From Phoronis australis (taxonomy: Eukaryota; Animalia; Phoronida), in contig NMRA01000257.1 in assembly GCA_002633005.1 (NCBI GenBank), forward strand, positions 323,737-387,736: DNA of 64,000 bases. The letters are read 5' to 3'. Positions within the stretch are counted from its first letter, which is position 1. The number at the start of each line of letters is the position of its first letter. Positions 24,454-39,900 of the stretch are shown one piece after another. The notes beneath the pieces were generated by a model. It did no database searches. It saw only the letters and a program-made list of their open reading frames with translations, and had not been told where the DNA came from. A program made the translations under genes and the position numbers.

Positions 24454-26021
24454 ACCATGTAGTTTAGCGTTACAAGTGCCTCATTACCTCAGATTGCTCT
24501 TGTGTTATTTTTTACTGAGACCTGTGATAGGAGAATCCGAAATAATTGTAATGAAAACATTTATGGTGTGGGAAAATTTTGCCAGTATTGTACAAAAATT
24601 ATTGGCGGTATTGACCTTTTTCCTTTTTAAAGGCTTTTTACGTTTTGGCAAATCCCATTATGTTTTCAAAACATTGTCCGACAGTAGTTACGGTACAGGT
24701 CTTCAAACTAGTTAAGCATTACTTTGGTGCTACGTATCGTTTATGAAGAAGTGTCGAGGAAATAAAATTTCATTTGCCTGGTTCATGTCCTAAATTACTG
24801 ATGTGTTACACTATCCTGAATTCACTTTCCACCTTCACAATCAAGTGGAAAAACTTTAATGAAGCTTTTCAGAGTAATCGCTACAGTGGTACTAGAGTTA
24901 CACTAGCAATATTGACTATTTATTTTTTGGAGTTATCTCCTGTCTACAGGGTTCTAAAGACGTGTGCCTCATCTGGTGCTTTTGGTGACTTTGTCATGTG
25001 ACTATTACTTGAGTGCAAGCGACAACTCTCCATATGAGAGTCAGTATGAAAATATTTTATTCAGTATTTGTGTGATTCTAGTGATATGTGTTCTAAGAGC
25101 CTGACTACTGATGTATATAATCTGCGCTGTGATTCTTGTGTTGTGATTAGATTTATATTGGCAAGTCATTTTCCACTTTGGAAATTGAACCTTTGTTCAA
25201 ATGTCGACTTAACCCAAGAACAGGTGGCTTTGATCTGATCTCACTAGCACTCGGTGATTATGGGCACGAATGTCAACCCATGCATACCATCATCTTGATG
25301 TATGCCATTGTCGGGGAAGTGATAACCCATGCATAATACAGACAGAAACACGAGACTCGTTGGTTGACACTGACATAGACAGTTATGTATTCCAAATCTG
25401 CTATCTTTACGAGAGTGTCTTCTAATCAAAGGTTTCACTTTCATACTCACTTGAATATACTGCCACTCTGAAACTTAGTTGAAATAACCCAAAAAGTGTC
25501 GTATGTATGCTCAAACCGTTAGGATAGTACGTTCACACTGCATGTGTATGGTTGTGCTGTATAGAGTGCACCATAAAAGGACATGCAGCTAGAAACATTG
25601 GTTTTGCCATGTCAGATGAATAAGCTTTTAATTTTCTGTTGGCAGTTGTACAAACGTGTTGTACTCATTGTTGTTGATGGAACCTGAACATTGAACTATT
25701 GCGTACACAGATAGACATTCTGACTACCTGAGTGTCAAGCTGCTATAAGGATTCAGTGTTTTCCGTCACAAAACATTCTGTGATAACATTCATTTTCCAC
25801 GATTTGTTGGTTGTCGTTTCTCATTGTTCCATTATTTTATAAATATGTACATTCTGTCATCACTGCTGAGTGGTCCAAACTGCTGAAATTGTAAATAAAG
25901 ACAACACTGTTCTTATAAATTAAATACCAATGAATGTTCTTGTATATAAAGATGACTATTCTTGCTCATTTTCTCAGGGTTTATTTTGTAAAACTGAAAT
26001 TTGTGAAGTTGCTTATTTATA

Positions 26022-26039
26022 AATAAATTGCTCTTTATT
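26022..26039. terminator. Opposed poly(A) signals: AATAAA on + (26022-26027) and on - (26034-26039); another on - at 26155-26160
   Basis: Hexamers lie between the converging 3' ends of CCDC60 and lipin. Confidence 0.45.
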
Positions 26040-26556
26040 GTACACTTACTTCATTAGTCCTGTTTTTCATGCAAGTGTGAAGGGTTACCTTACTCTGCAG
26101 GATTGTCCACTTTGTACCAGCCATTTAACATCATGAACTCTGTTGTTTAACAATTTTATTATCAAATAATTGTTACATCATACAATGACTCGATACATAG
26201 ACTTTTAAACAAAATCATCACACGATTAAAAATCTATATGCTCACCATAAAATTCACGAAATTCTTAACGTAAGATTCGTCCAAACACAACGTCAAAACT
26301 AAAATTTCAACTGAACAACGAGCCAAAAGGTTAACTGAGTGCAAATAATGTCATAAAGCTCATTTAGTTATACAAGTTTAAAGTAAGCAAAAGTTCAACA
26401 TTTTCACCTGGTTGCACTAAATACTGTTACACATTCATCAGTCAGTCAGACTGGAGGTAATATGCAATTCATCCAATAAACACATCGGTTGAGAGTGTCT
26501 AGGCTCACTTGTATCATTAAACTGAAGACAACACCTTGATGCACAGTCCCCTCGTT

Positions 26557-26840
26557 ACTAACCTCACAAAATTGCCCGTCACAAATTGACAATCACAGAT
26601 ACTAACCTCAATGTTGCCCGTCACAGATTGACAACCACAGTTACTAACCTTGTAATATTGCCTGTCACAGACTAACAACTACAGTTACTAACCTCACAAT
26701 ATTGCCTGTCAAAGATTGACAACCACCGTTATCAACCTCATAATATTGCCTGTCACAGATTGACAACCACAATTGTTAACCTCATAATATTGCCTGTCAC
26801 AGATTGACAGCCATAGTTACAAACCTCATATGGCCTGGCA
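26557..26840. repeat. ~44-bp minisatellite, ~6.5 copies, in the inferred lipin 3'UTR
   Basis: ACTAACCTCACAATATTGCCTGTCACAGATTGACAACCACAGTT variants. Confidence 0.9.
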
Positions 26841-27786
26841 CAAACTCAGTAATTACACGTCATGGACTGAACAAAAATGTTGCACAACACAAAGAATGGA
26901 CCATAAGTTTCATGTACACAACATAAGAAGAACGCTCACACACAAACCTTAACTACATAAAACACAGCAACACAGACACAGCCTAATATATTACAAGTCC
27001 ATAATTTAGTGAATTCCCAAACAACGGAAATGCACATAAAATATCACATAGATGCCTACAAGCAGGTAACAAATAGTTCCTGAGGAAAGGGCAAGACTGC
27101 TTGCACCCAGAAAACACACTGTTTAAGGTGCAGGGAAGGTAGAAATTTATAAAATTAATGACCTGTTGAGATAGTAGATACATGGCAATTACTGTAGAGA
27201 GTGCCAATGTAAGTTTCGAACAGCAAGCACAGAGCACCAGTCTGTGTTTGTCCTATTCAACATCCTGAGTAAGCAACAACTGGTGATAAAGAATAACGGG
27301 CACATGCATCTACCATAAAATCTCATTAAACACACGACTTGTCGACTTCACTAATGCACCTACCCTAGTAAAGATAACAGGTGGGGGAAATAAAAGGCAA
27401 AAAATAAGAAAGGTTTATGTTCGGCTAACCCTAATGGATAAGATAACCGAAATAGTAGCTGCACTCGTAAGTCTTGGTGAAAGCCACTAAATATCAATAC
27501 AAATGACACGCATTCATAACAAATAATAACCATTTTGCTAGTTGAGCAAATTCATTTAAGTCTTAATCTCTTATTTAATCATCTGACTTGCGATTTTAAC
27601 TAAAATCACATAAGTTAAAGATCTGCCAGTAGTAAACAACCATGGCACTGTATTTAGAGACACTTGCACCACTAATATTGCAAACTCTGAGTCAGTTAAA
27701 ACATGCACAGGTCAGGGACCTATTTGACCTTCATGCATACATTTCTAATACTTGGCACCAGAGGTCGCCAATGTGTGGAGGTGACT

Positions 27787-27958
27787 CTATTTAACCTTGT
27801 TAAGCTCATCAGTGATGTCTGGTAATAGAGGTCGCCAATAGGTGAATGTGCTGAACTGATCAGCAGCATGAAAGTTACCACTTGGTGTCTTCACCCCAGT
27901 TGAGTTCTCTTGCAAAGGCGGGAAGATGTGGTCGACAAAGTCACTCAACTTGGTGTAG
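27787..27958 (-). CDS. LPIN: Lipin terminal coding exon
   Basis: [15 protein letters not shown]...[12 protein letters not shown]...TAG. Confidence 0.95.
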
Positions 27959-30900
27959 CTGAAAATAACACGCTTCGTTATCAACATGACGTGATCAACC
28001 ACATTAAGAGAAAGGAGAAGAAGTTGAGCTCTGACATGCAGTCAAAGTGCAGTGTGGGTCTCAGAACTGGCAACAAGGCACACAAACGGGGTGTGAAAAC
28101 AAAGTTGAGAAAAAGTTTCATGTTTTTCGGAACGTTTTCGCATCAAGAATTTCACCTGGACCAATAAAAATGTCCATCATCTAATGTATTAACAAGAGAT
28201 TATGTATCAAGCATTGGGCGTTATGTGACAACAAGATGATCTTCAGCAACCACACAATATTTATGTGACCACAAGATGAGCCTCAACAACTAGGCAATAC
28301 TTATGTGATGAAACATCTGCCTTATGTGACCACAGGATGACCAACTATAACTACACAATACTTATGTGACCACGTAACAACTAACAACTACCAATACATA
28401 TGAAGCCTGTAATATCAACATTCATGCTAGATTGCTATTTCATCTCAGTTCAATATCAAAGTTATATTGCACCTACACAACTAATGGTAGTCTCCTAGTT
28501 GTCACCAGGGACATCACTGTAGTTCTAACGTTCTACTACAGAGGGCATGTCTACTTACCTGGAGGTGAATGTGGTCAACAACTCACTCTTGAGTTCACCT
28601 TTAGGGTTGATAGTGAAGATCCTAGAGATAGGGATGTCCACAGCTCTGTATGCCCACACATCCTGCCAACATCACAAGACATAGAACTACAGTCTACTCC
28701 TGACACGGTTGAAAATCTTTATGTAATCACAAGATGCAAAGCAAAATTTTCTCTAAGTTCACATGGAACATTAATATAACACAGGTTCCATGCTGTACTA
28801 CAAATAACACTGCAGGAAATATTCACCTTCGTGGGGCAATAGCCCTAAAAAACGGAATGAATCAGAATAGCGGGAATTATTTAATTTTTTCCCATTAAAA
28901 AGACAGTATTTTCAAAACACAAAAGATTAAGTCAGTCATGAACTGATAATAGCCAAACCACAGAATGGACAACAAAATATATCACTGGGATTCCAAAACA
29001 ACAGCCGAGTCTCAAATATGCTTTTCAACAGAAGTTTTTAGTTTCAACACAAGTATTTAGTTTCAACATAGGCTAATAGTAACTCTATTTCACTTACATT
29101 GACTTTGTTGCCATAACCAGCATATAGAGGGTTCTTTTGATTTGGAAATAGGGACTTGATGTTCCTGAGACAAGAGATCTTGAACTCTTCAGGTTTGCGT
29201 TCAATAACCTCCCTAGAATAGACATAACATGTTACACACTGGTCATCAGCTGGTGTTGCAGCAGCGTGAAATATTCTCTACTTTCCAAACTCTTACCTTC
29301 TTTAGTTTAGCAAAGGTTTATCTTGTTAAATTAATTAGGATTTCAAGCAAGGTACACGTGTTGCTTTGATCAAATTATGAAGGTTAGTTTCAAACCCTTG
29401 TCACAAGTGTTTTTCTTTAAGTCGCGCAAAATTTATTTCATTGCAATAGAAGATAGATGGCGTTAGTTGTAATATAAAAGTAGACTGATTTGACACTAAT
29501 TCTGCCTACCAACAAGGCTATCTGGAACTCATACTTAAATTCTCTTCAATATAGAATGAGGGACCACTTGCCCTGAATACTGGTAGCAGTGCAATAAACA
29601 TGCAGAAAATGGTGATGGTCGGATATAACGTGACCAAATTTTGAGAACCAGTTTTCTCATCTGAATAACGGGCATCTGGACTATTCTTCAGGAAACAGCA
29701 CAGTTTAACCGAGTCCTTCGTCCCCTTTGGTTACAGTAACAACAATTTATAACCCAGAAATGACTTCACTTACTTGTGAAACGCATTAATCAGTGAACTT
29801 GGGGACAACATGAGAGGTCCGTCGGGAAGACTCAGTTCTCCTTGTTTAACACTGCGCAAGTAGTCCTTGGTCGCTCGTGCTTGTCCAATGGCACGTGCTG
29901 ATAAGTAGAGGAACCGGTAGTTGTTCTTCTCTATTCTTGTGTACAGGTTGGCAACTCCAGATTGTGACCAGTCTTTGCCCACCATAGGTAGGATCTGACC
30001 TAGAACATCTGACCTGTGGACAGAAACATCCATTATCATGTTAGATGTACTAATGGTGAGCAGTCATTACACAACATAGGTAGGACCTGACCTACAAATC
30101 CAAAAGACAGATAGCAACACACAAGTCAGGTGTACAATACTGACAAGTAATCTTTATACACCATAGGCAGTGTATGACTTACAAATCTAACCTGTAAGCA
30201 GTAATACGCTTTAAATCAGATGTTCTGTTGAGCACAGCGTTCCATAAACACTATAAAAAAATAATTGCAGGCGGTCTGGTTCACCTTGTTCCAGACATCC
30301 GTGTGCTTTATTAATATACAGTTAAAACCGAGCTGAGGAGCTAGAAACCTGTCTCAAGGGTTTAGCAGTGTGGCCCAGCGAGACGCTAACCCACGACCTC
30401 AAGTGAATAAAGCGGATACCTATCACACTAGACCACACTGCCTCCTCTTCATAAACATTAATGCCCTTTAATAGATATTTTCTCAACTCACAGCAGTCCC
30501 ATCGAATGTTGGCTTGTAGAATTACTGTTGGAAGTTCATGACCCACAGTAAGAAAAGTGAATAAAGTCAACTTTACTGACATCATATTCAAGACACATAA
30601 CATAATATATACAATACAATACAATACAATACAATAAACCGGTACGTCATCTCTCTTGAGACATTGTGAACTCAATCACGCAGTGAATGATCGCATACAC
30701 TTCACAAGTATCAAATGCATGGAGACTAAAAAGCAATGGAGTGTCATCTTTGAAAACCATTGTTTTGGTTCACGTTGGTAACCCTAGTAGGACGTGTCAG
30801 CATTTCCTTTTACACAGTGCATGACAACACCATGGACAGAATAGAATTCATTGGTAGTTTGAATGGAAGGATTCACCATTGCTAATTTGTTCTATACCAT

Positions 30901-33900
30901 CTGAAGTTTGAGACGTTGGCCTAGTGCAATTATCAATGCATGGGACTTTAGTGAATCCTGTGATCTGAGAGTTCTGGCTATTACATAATTTAGAGAAAAA
31001 AATTAATGGAGAGTATTTCAAAATGGTTTATTAGAAACAGCAGCATAGTAGAATTCATTGACACTGATCTGCCTATAGCATGTTTCAAAGTTGTCCAATA
31101 AAATAGATCAATTTGCTCACTTTGTAATAGTTCCATCAATGTCAGATATGACAATCTTATCATCGTAGCGCCACACGTAAATGTTGCATGCAGCTCGGGT
31201 AGTCCCTTGATAAGCTGTCGTCACAAAGAACACAGCCTCATTATCGCCTTTCTTCAAATGAAGTTTTTGCTGAAAATAGGAATGCAACGGTCGTTGGTTC
31301 TAATTCATACACAAGGCAAATGAGTATATAATGGAATTTTTATTAGATTGTAGAACATAATAAAAATGTGTAAGACTTCAACCATCTTTCTTTAGCAAGA
31401 AAACTGACTTAGTTAAGACAAATCTTGAATTGCAGTCAATTTAAAGATTCCATAAAACTACAATTTGTCTCAAGTCCATTACAAGACAGAGATCTCAAGT
31501 TTGACTCAATTTTTTACTTAAGTTTTGTCTTAATTTTGAGTAACTTACCAGAAGTGGTAAGTCTTGGAAAGGTCCCTATGGCATTTTGAAACAAATGGCA
31601 GAGTGCAACATGTACATGTCACAAACACAATACAGTCCTTTTTGTAGAACATCAGAAATACACACAAAATCACTTTTCTCGGCAATGTCAATTCAACAAC
31701 TCAAGATCATATTTCCCATGTTTTCTAGTTACACAACTCCCAACATGAACGTAAATATTGGGCCATTTGACAACAATCTTCATGCACCAAGAAATGTCAT
31801 CTCAAATAAAAGTTGCATTTGGTTCTTTCAACATTCACAATTATACCACAGATGTCACTCACAATTTGTTCACTCGTTAAGTACAGAGTCTTCTTGTAAT
31901 TCCCTGGAATAACAGTGTTCACTTCAGTGGGAGAAGCAGGATTTTCATCCGAACTGTCCGTCACCCAGCCATCATCCTTCCTAATAAAGCAAGAAAAAGC
32001 TCATGGATGACACTTCACATAGGTAATGGTGCACAAACTCATGCGAAATCTAGCAACAGAGATTCAACAATGCAAGTGTGAATTAATATACATAACAAAC
32101 CTTTTAGTCTTTGACGTCTTTTTCTCCTTGGATTTTTGTGGGCTGTCAGGTGGACTTGAAGGTGTACTGGAGGCGGGGCTAGTCACTATGGGTGGTGTTT
32201 GAGTGACAGGTGAGTCTGATTCTGTAGACTGGGCATTGGACTCTGCTGTTTCTTGAGTTCGACCCCATGTGAACCACGACGACATTCCAGACCTTTTCTT
32301 CTTCTCTTCTTTCTTGGGCAAACTCTTTTTCACAAGAGAATCCACTACAGGCTGTAATTATAGCAAGGCCAAGTTGAAAATCTAATGCAATTTGAAAACA
32401 AAAGGAAGATGAGCAAAAAATCGAATGTTTAAACAATGACAACAAGACTGTGTGAAAATCACTCACCACTGGCAAATGACGTTGGAAAACCACCATTGAG
32501 AGTATTATGGGTGCAGCAGACTGCCAGTTGTAAAACCTGTCAAGAGAAGACGAGATCATGCAATGGACGTCTTGTCATGAACCAATCAATTTACAGCTTA
32601 TACTCTAAAATCATCCGTCACTGGAACCTAAGGCAAAGTAAATATCTGGACTGCTAGTTTCGATAACTATCAAAATGGTCTCTACCTGAAATCTAGCTGT
32701 AACTTATCTCTTGTATTCAATTCTTTATGATCACCTTTTTGTAACACAAGTACTTACTTGTCGGCAATTTTGATGACAAGGTCAGAATTATTGATGAGTT
32801 CTGGGTTTTGAACAAAGTCATCGAAGGTAATAAAGGCCTGCATAAACGTCTCCATGGGAATATTGCCTTCGCTGTCTCTGAGTGCCACCCCGCACAGTGA
32901 CATGGAAACATCCAGCTGGTCGGCTCTGCACATGGATAAACAAATAATACATCACATAAAAAGAAGCTTTAAAAATGTTGAGACTGACTGGCATACAGGT
33001 CAAGGGTCAAGACAGCAATACAATTACATGTCTTGTAACTATAACATAGTCATCGCCACACAATGAAAACTGTACGTGAATTGGAACAAAACAGAGATAT
33101 ATTGTAGTAAAAAGTTAAGAAAAAATTCCTACTAAAGAACTTTATTGCGGTTCGCCTATTTTTGACTGACTTTTTACGCTCAGTGACAGTGCAGTTAAGT
33201 GTTCCTTCACTCAGCCTTTAGTCTTACAACATAATCTAACTACACTGCAGACTTCACTAAGAACCCATTACATATCAGTTCTATAGAACAGATCGCATAT
33301 TTTTGGCCAATCAGTTGGAAATGAGTCAGCGATTGGTCGTTGACCAGTTAGCTGTTCAGTAGCACTAACCAACAGACGATCCTATACAGTGACTTCTTGG
33401 GTCGTAAATCCACTTCCAAGCTTTGATTAGTGATTCGGACTTCAAAGCACATTACTTTACAAACTACGGCAAAGGTTATCATTGCAAGTATGCGTGTACA
33501 ACATACGCCATTAACTTTGTGAATCCAAAATACATATGACATGCTTTGTCCATTACATCATCAGTTTTTGGCCATACAGAATAAAAAAAACAAACAATCG
33601 CCACACAAATGAAAAAGTTAATATTAATTTGACATGATGTCTGATAGTATACTGACCAATCGACTTAATGTTTGACTGTTTGTATCCTGATGAAACGTCG
33701 AATAAATATGAATTTTTTCATTTGAGCAGCGATTGTCCGTTTTTTTGATGCTTTGTCCATCTTGATTTTAGTAATAATTTCAGACCCTATCCACATGCGT
33801 GGGAAAACCTTTGAGAATGAAAATCTTTCTTTAAGGACGCTGATTCAGTCGGTAATGGTCGGATATAACGGGCCCAAAATCTGAGAATAAGTTTTCTCCA

Positions 33901-36900
33901 CTGAACAACGGGCATCAAACTGGTTCTTAAGATATGGCATGTTATATCCGACTATTGCCAATTCAGTCCACACCTATCCACTTAATGAGACACTCAAAAT
34001 TGAAAACTTCTGAGTGGAATTTCATGAGAACATGATATTCACTGTATCAGTGCGGATACACAAAAACACACTTTTTGAAAATGCAGTAGTCAAGATTCTT
34101 ATCGACAGGAGGCCTTTTTGAAAACATAAAAAAGTTTGCACTTTCAGTCACGGTAGAATGCTTCTGTGGACAGAGAATTTCCTGAAAAGGGTAGGAAAAC
34201 AAAACTGTGCATGTGAAGAACTTCAAGAAAATGCTACGAAAAGGTGCGTTTTCAATATGATAACAGAAATGTGTGGACAGGGGCTAAGGCAACAATAACA
34301 GGCGACCGTAATCAAACTGGGTCTGCCAATAGCTACTTGACAGTCAAAAGTCAGCACTGCAGTTGCCTATGGAGTCTGTTGCCATTTTTAAGCTAAAAAG
34401 TAACAGATTGGACTGCTAGTTTTCCGACCGGCAGTCCACTTCTTTCCAACAGTTCAGGACAAAAACTTGTGAATTGCGTGCTGTATTAAAATACAGCTTG
34501 CTGACAAAAGGTGGCAGTTACAACATAAACATTATTTCACCGATAGCGCACTCACCCTAATACGGATGGACCCCCAACAGAACCTTCCACAGAGTGAGGT
34601 GATTGAGGGAGGGACAAGCCACGCCCAGATTCTGTGTCCTCGTCTTTGATTGGTCGCATCTGATGTTGACTTGCTAACCCAGCCGCACTGTAACAATGAT
34701 TGGCATAAGGAAATATAGTAATAGAAATTATATGATGAATCAAATTAAGTAATCAAATAACTGGCTATGAAACTGACAGTGTGAGCATAAGAAAGAAGTA
34801 TGTCTGTGGGAATCATAGCATCTGTGAAGTACTTAAGACGCGTGTACCTGTGTCAACTGTCAAAAAACAACTTTTCATTTAGGCCACTTAACGCTGTCAA
34901 ATTGGCCTCATTTTGATGGAATGATTTCAAGGCTTGATAAGAACGGACAGGTAATCACTGCTTAAGACCAAATTCATTGAGTTGCTAGACATAGTAAATT
35001 ATTTTCAGCTGCTAACGCTGCATGGTCATCAGAAGAATTTCAGACATTTTATTGGATTTAAGTTCAATTAAAACTAGGTTGAAAATGTGATGACGTTTCT
35101 TGTTTAAAAACAAGACTAGTTAACACTTAACAAAAAATTAACCTATAAGAAACATTACACATGTTTATGTAAGACTAAAATGTCTCAATGATATAATGCA
35201 CACTCAAAACTAACTCAACAGATGTAAAACAGCACCTCTTGGGGAAGTAAAGTGCTGCCACCTCTGGGTCCATCTCGTCCAAGTTGAGGTCGTCCAGGTA
35301 AATGCCCTCCATCTCAGGTTTGTGTCGTATCTTCCTGGTCTGTCTCATGAATGTGAACAGCCCTGAGTCAGCCTTCTCTGTCTGTCCTGATAACATAGGC
35401 AAAAAGTCACAAGCTAATGCAAGAGAGATTAGTGGATTCAGGAAGTCCTATTTCAAATAGGTTTTATGGAGTGCCTCACTCCAGTGTACCTTAACTGCCT
35501 TTATTGGCATTTTCTCTTACTCAACATTTCAAGACAAATACACTCACCACCAGGAACAAAAGCCACAAGTATAGTGTCAAATATAAAATAATTACAACAT
35601 AAGTTTTTCTTGAGGCTTTCTTGTAATTTAATAGCTTTTTGTACTTTCTTGATGTGCAGCAACCCGACTAGTAACAAGACCCACACTCTGAGATTAATAG
35701 AACAAGTCAGACGTGGTAAAATCTTATTAATTTAGGACATAATATGGCGAAAAATGAAATTTTATTTTTCAACTGTATTCATTATTAAAGCAACACTATA
35801 ACAAATGCATTCATTACCAATTCTAAGTTCATTTCCGAAGCTACCATATTTTGAAAAATTCCTGATGACTGATTTCAGTTCACTCCAACATAATGACCAA
35901 AAATAATATCATCAGGTGGTGCTGCAGATTGCATGCCATGTTTTTCATATAAAACTGGACAGGAAAGTTCACAATGATATTAATCCACAAAATATTGCTC
36001 TGTAACTCTGTTTTCGAAGTTCGTTGAACCTATGAGACAAAGTGCAAACAGAGTATGATGAGTTATTAATTTCCGTCAAAAATGATTGCCAAAATTGGCC
36101 CACTCCTGGTAATGTTAACAACCTTTGTTTGTTCAAACTCACTTGTTTGAGGTGTTTCCCAACAAACAAATCATTTTAGCTAAAAGACTGTGTTAATATT
36201 GTAATACGGCTCTCTATCATTTGAGGACTGTACTCTTAAATGCACTTGTACAGAAGGCCGACTTGTAGCACCAATTGTGATGCGAGAACATGTGCACAAC
36301 CTGTCCTCTATCAGTCAATCAGCATATTACAAGCTGTGAACATAGTTAACGCGTACTGGAGCGTGATGTTCAACTGAACGAAAAACACGTAGTCTTCAGC
36401 AGCAAGAATTGGTTAACCCAATACACAAGAATACAATGGCTGGTCTTATATCTAAAGAAATAGTATTGCGCCTTACATCTGAATATAAGGCCATGGATTA
36501 AAATTCAGAATTGGAGCATTTTTAATGTTCTCAGAGAATGCATTCGTCCATTAAGACATGGCCTTAAACACTTCAACAGCCTACAGAGAAAGGAAATAGT
36601 AAAACCATATTACAAAACTTCCAAAAAGAAATTTGACAGATTCAAGAATGAGACGAGGATGTTACACATGTCTACCTGGCGTTGCCTTTTGGTCAGCATT
36701 AGTAGGAGTTTTCTCCCCTTCCATAGCCTTGCCATCATTATCAAACGTGTCGACATGTTCTGGTAGCTGACCCCAGTTCCACTGTAAACTGTTCTCTTCA
36801 CCCTCATCTTCATAGTGCAGCCCGTACTCCAGGTCACTTTTTGGGGTAGGAGGTCGCGAGCCAACAGGACTAGAATTGAAGTATAAGACATCAAAAGCAT

Positions 36901-39900
36901 GCCCAAATTAATTAAAACTAGACTGTGTGTGCTTTTGGAGGCCCAAAAATCGAATTTCAAACTAAGAGACAACTCCAACAATACCACCATTGAGTGACAC
37001 CTCACACACAGTACACTGTTATCAGTGTCAGATTTGGCGATCTGCAATTCCCAAAATGAGACTTCGGATTGTGTTCGACGACTTGGGAAAACTCCGAAAT
37101 TGTCAAAAAATAGCAAAGTTAGACAATAATTCACCTGAAATTCTCTCAAACTTTAAGTTAATAATAATTTCCTAGATTCAATACCTTTGGTTCACAATTG
37201 TTCTGTTTATGCCGTGAAATCAACACAGTCAGCACATAACAAACGCGCAGTCAAATTACAGGAAATAAACAGACGAAAGACAGAATTACTTGACAAAAAT
37301 CGGGCAAGGTCGGACCATGAAATTGAGTAAAAAATTCTTCATGATCTGAGAATCGACATCGGGATCCCTGATGAATGCGGGAATAAATGGCAGTGTTAGA
37401 TTGTCCAACGCAGCGATGTGTTGTGTAAAGTTAATGTCTAACGTAATACCCAGTTATATTAGTAACACAGCCACAATTAGCAACTATTTCTCGGAAAAAC
37501 AAAACATCAAAGTAAAGCAAGACTGGACGCAGGAAGACATATTTATGCACAAACATAATAGTCAACTTGTCGTTCCAAGACGTGTACATGGATTCAGTTT
37601 AAAAAGCGCTGGTATTTTTTGAACCACAACAGAACAAGCATTTGCCACAAGGATGAATAAAACGTCCCTGCTGCCAAGTGGTGCTGCCGAGGATGGAAGG
37701 CCAACCCACCCTCACAACTAGGTCACTGTTGCTAGTGCAAGATGTGTGAATTTATGAGGCTATGATGGTAATATGTCGTTTTGAATGAAATTGAAATTTA
37801 CTGAATCCAACCTTTAAAAATTTCTCTCTCTTTACCAAATAATTAAATTCATACAGAATGCATTCATTCAGAGGCCACCTTTGTTTTTCTGTTCATGTCT
37901 CCATGAACACAAAAATAACAGATTCATTTTCATGCCCATTAAGGTCAATGATAACGGTGGTGTGACCTTGAAAATGACATTAAGATCATCAACTTCGCCC
38001 AACGTCTACACCTCGGTACAAAATATAAACAAAATCTAATGCTTCCTTCCTGAGAACATTTTCCAAGTAAAATTTTTATAAACGTGACAGCCATGTTAAT
38101 GAAATAACCTGAGTCTTACCTCACTATTGGTGTAATATCTGTGTCACTGAAGGGATGATGGTAAGAAGCAGATTGACTCTTTGCCCACTCTTTTGTCATA
38201 TTCATCTTGTCAGTGTGTAACTGAGGTAGGCTCTCACACCGGTGCACACTGACAGACCGTCCCAACGAGGTGATTTCAGGCTCCTTACTATGAACGCCAT
38301 CTTCATCCATCTGGAAAACTCCCTCCTGCTCTGGGAAGTCAGGAATACTTTCTTCCTCTCTGATGTCCTGCTCCGAGGATTTTCCATTCTTGGCCTTGTT
38401 TCGTCGCCTCTTCCGCCGCTTCGAACGACTCAGGGGTTCAACGACCTCATTTTGAATCTCCACTTGTTCGGTACTCTTGCCACTGTTACCGCTGTCTGGA
38501 CTGGAGTTACGTCCAACTTCTACATCGATGGAATTGCTCTTCTCTGATGGAATGCTTTGATGTGTTGATGATGTTGTTGACCGTTCGGATATCTTTGATT
38601 GGACGCTCAGTTCAGAATCATTCCTTGGCCGTGTTTCACTCACGTCAACACTCTTTCCAGACTCTGTCCCTTCTTGTTCATTTGCTGCCAGACTCGCTGA
38701 CTGTTCCTTCAACTCTTGCACACCCTGTCTCATCAACTCGCCAGCAGAGGGCAGAGGTGATGTGGCTAAGTGACATGGCAGAGACTGCAACAAAACACAG
38801 TCAACAATTAGAACAGCTTGAGCACAACACAAATGCACTCGTATCATGTGCTCAGTGGACACCATATCATTATCCTGTCAAGGAATCAAAGGAGACATAC
38901 GACACAGTTACATACATACACACTAGTATACTTGAACTGCTGACCTTCCAACAACAAACCACGTCACTAAGAGTATTCTTCATACTTATTTACAGATAGA
39001 GAAGATTCATTTATACCCAGCTTCACCTGCGTACACTGAAATCTAACAGTATTGTTATCCTTCAAGGCTTACCTCAGGAGGCTCCTCTGTTTGCTGCACA
39101 AAGAAGGCTACCCCGTCTTCACCTAGTTTCATCTGCAGTTCAACCTCTTCTCCATTTATTTCGATGTTCACCTTTAATAAAAACAATACGGTAATAACAC
39201 ACCTGAAGAAAGCAGTGACTCGTACTTCTCAATAGCCAAAAATGGTACCTTTCAACATAAGATTTTCCTTCAATTCCTAGAAGCTAAAATCAGTGCTCAC
39301 AACTTTCAGCAGGGTCTGTTGGGTAGAACAATATGACCCGAGATTACTTGATAGTCAAGATTCTTTGAATGAAAGCAAAGTTATTGTAACACATGACCCA
39401 TTGGCAAGAAGTCTTGTAGCGCAAACTTAATATGAAAACACTAGTTTCACCTTAGCACTTAGCACAGTGTCATAGCCAATGTCAGAGTTACAGGCATTCT
39501 GTGGTCCAGTGATCAAAATCTCAACACATCTCTCCTCCAGACCAGATTGGTCCCTACTCCACACTCTTACAAACAATCTCTTCCTGAAGAGACTGTTTAA
39601 CTCCGATTGACTTTTGTCATGCCTCTCACGTTAGTGAAAACTGTTTTGTCGCGCCTCAATTTAGAAGTCTCGACAATGTAATTTAAGCTCGCATGTCACT
39701 AAGCAAAGCCCCTGAAACAAAAATGTTACAAAATCTAGTAGAGGAGTGTTCCTGCTTCAACATGTATATGCCACGACATCTAGTGTTCAGGCAGGGAACC
39801 AGCCATTCAGCCAGTCTAGTTACTTACTATCTTTGCCCTAGACCTGATCACACCCAGTTTGCCAAAGCGAACATGGAAGGGTGAACAGAGGTATGTCCCA

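Noticed and set aside
37590-37731. Possible lipin-1beta-like alternative exon (CEGGLAFHP...) in the equivalent intron
   Set aside because: Weak acceptors, in-frame stop before any good donor, no phase-compatible donor found
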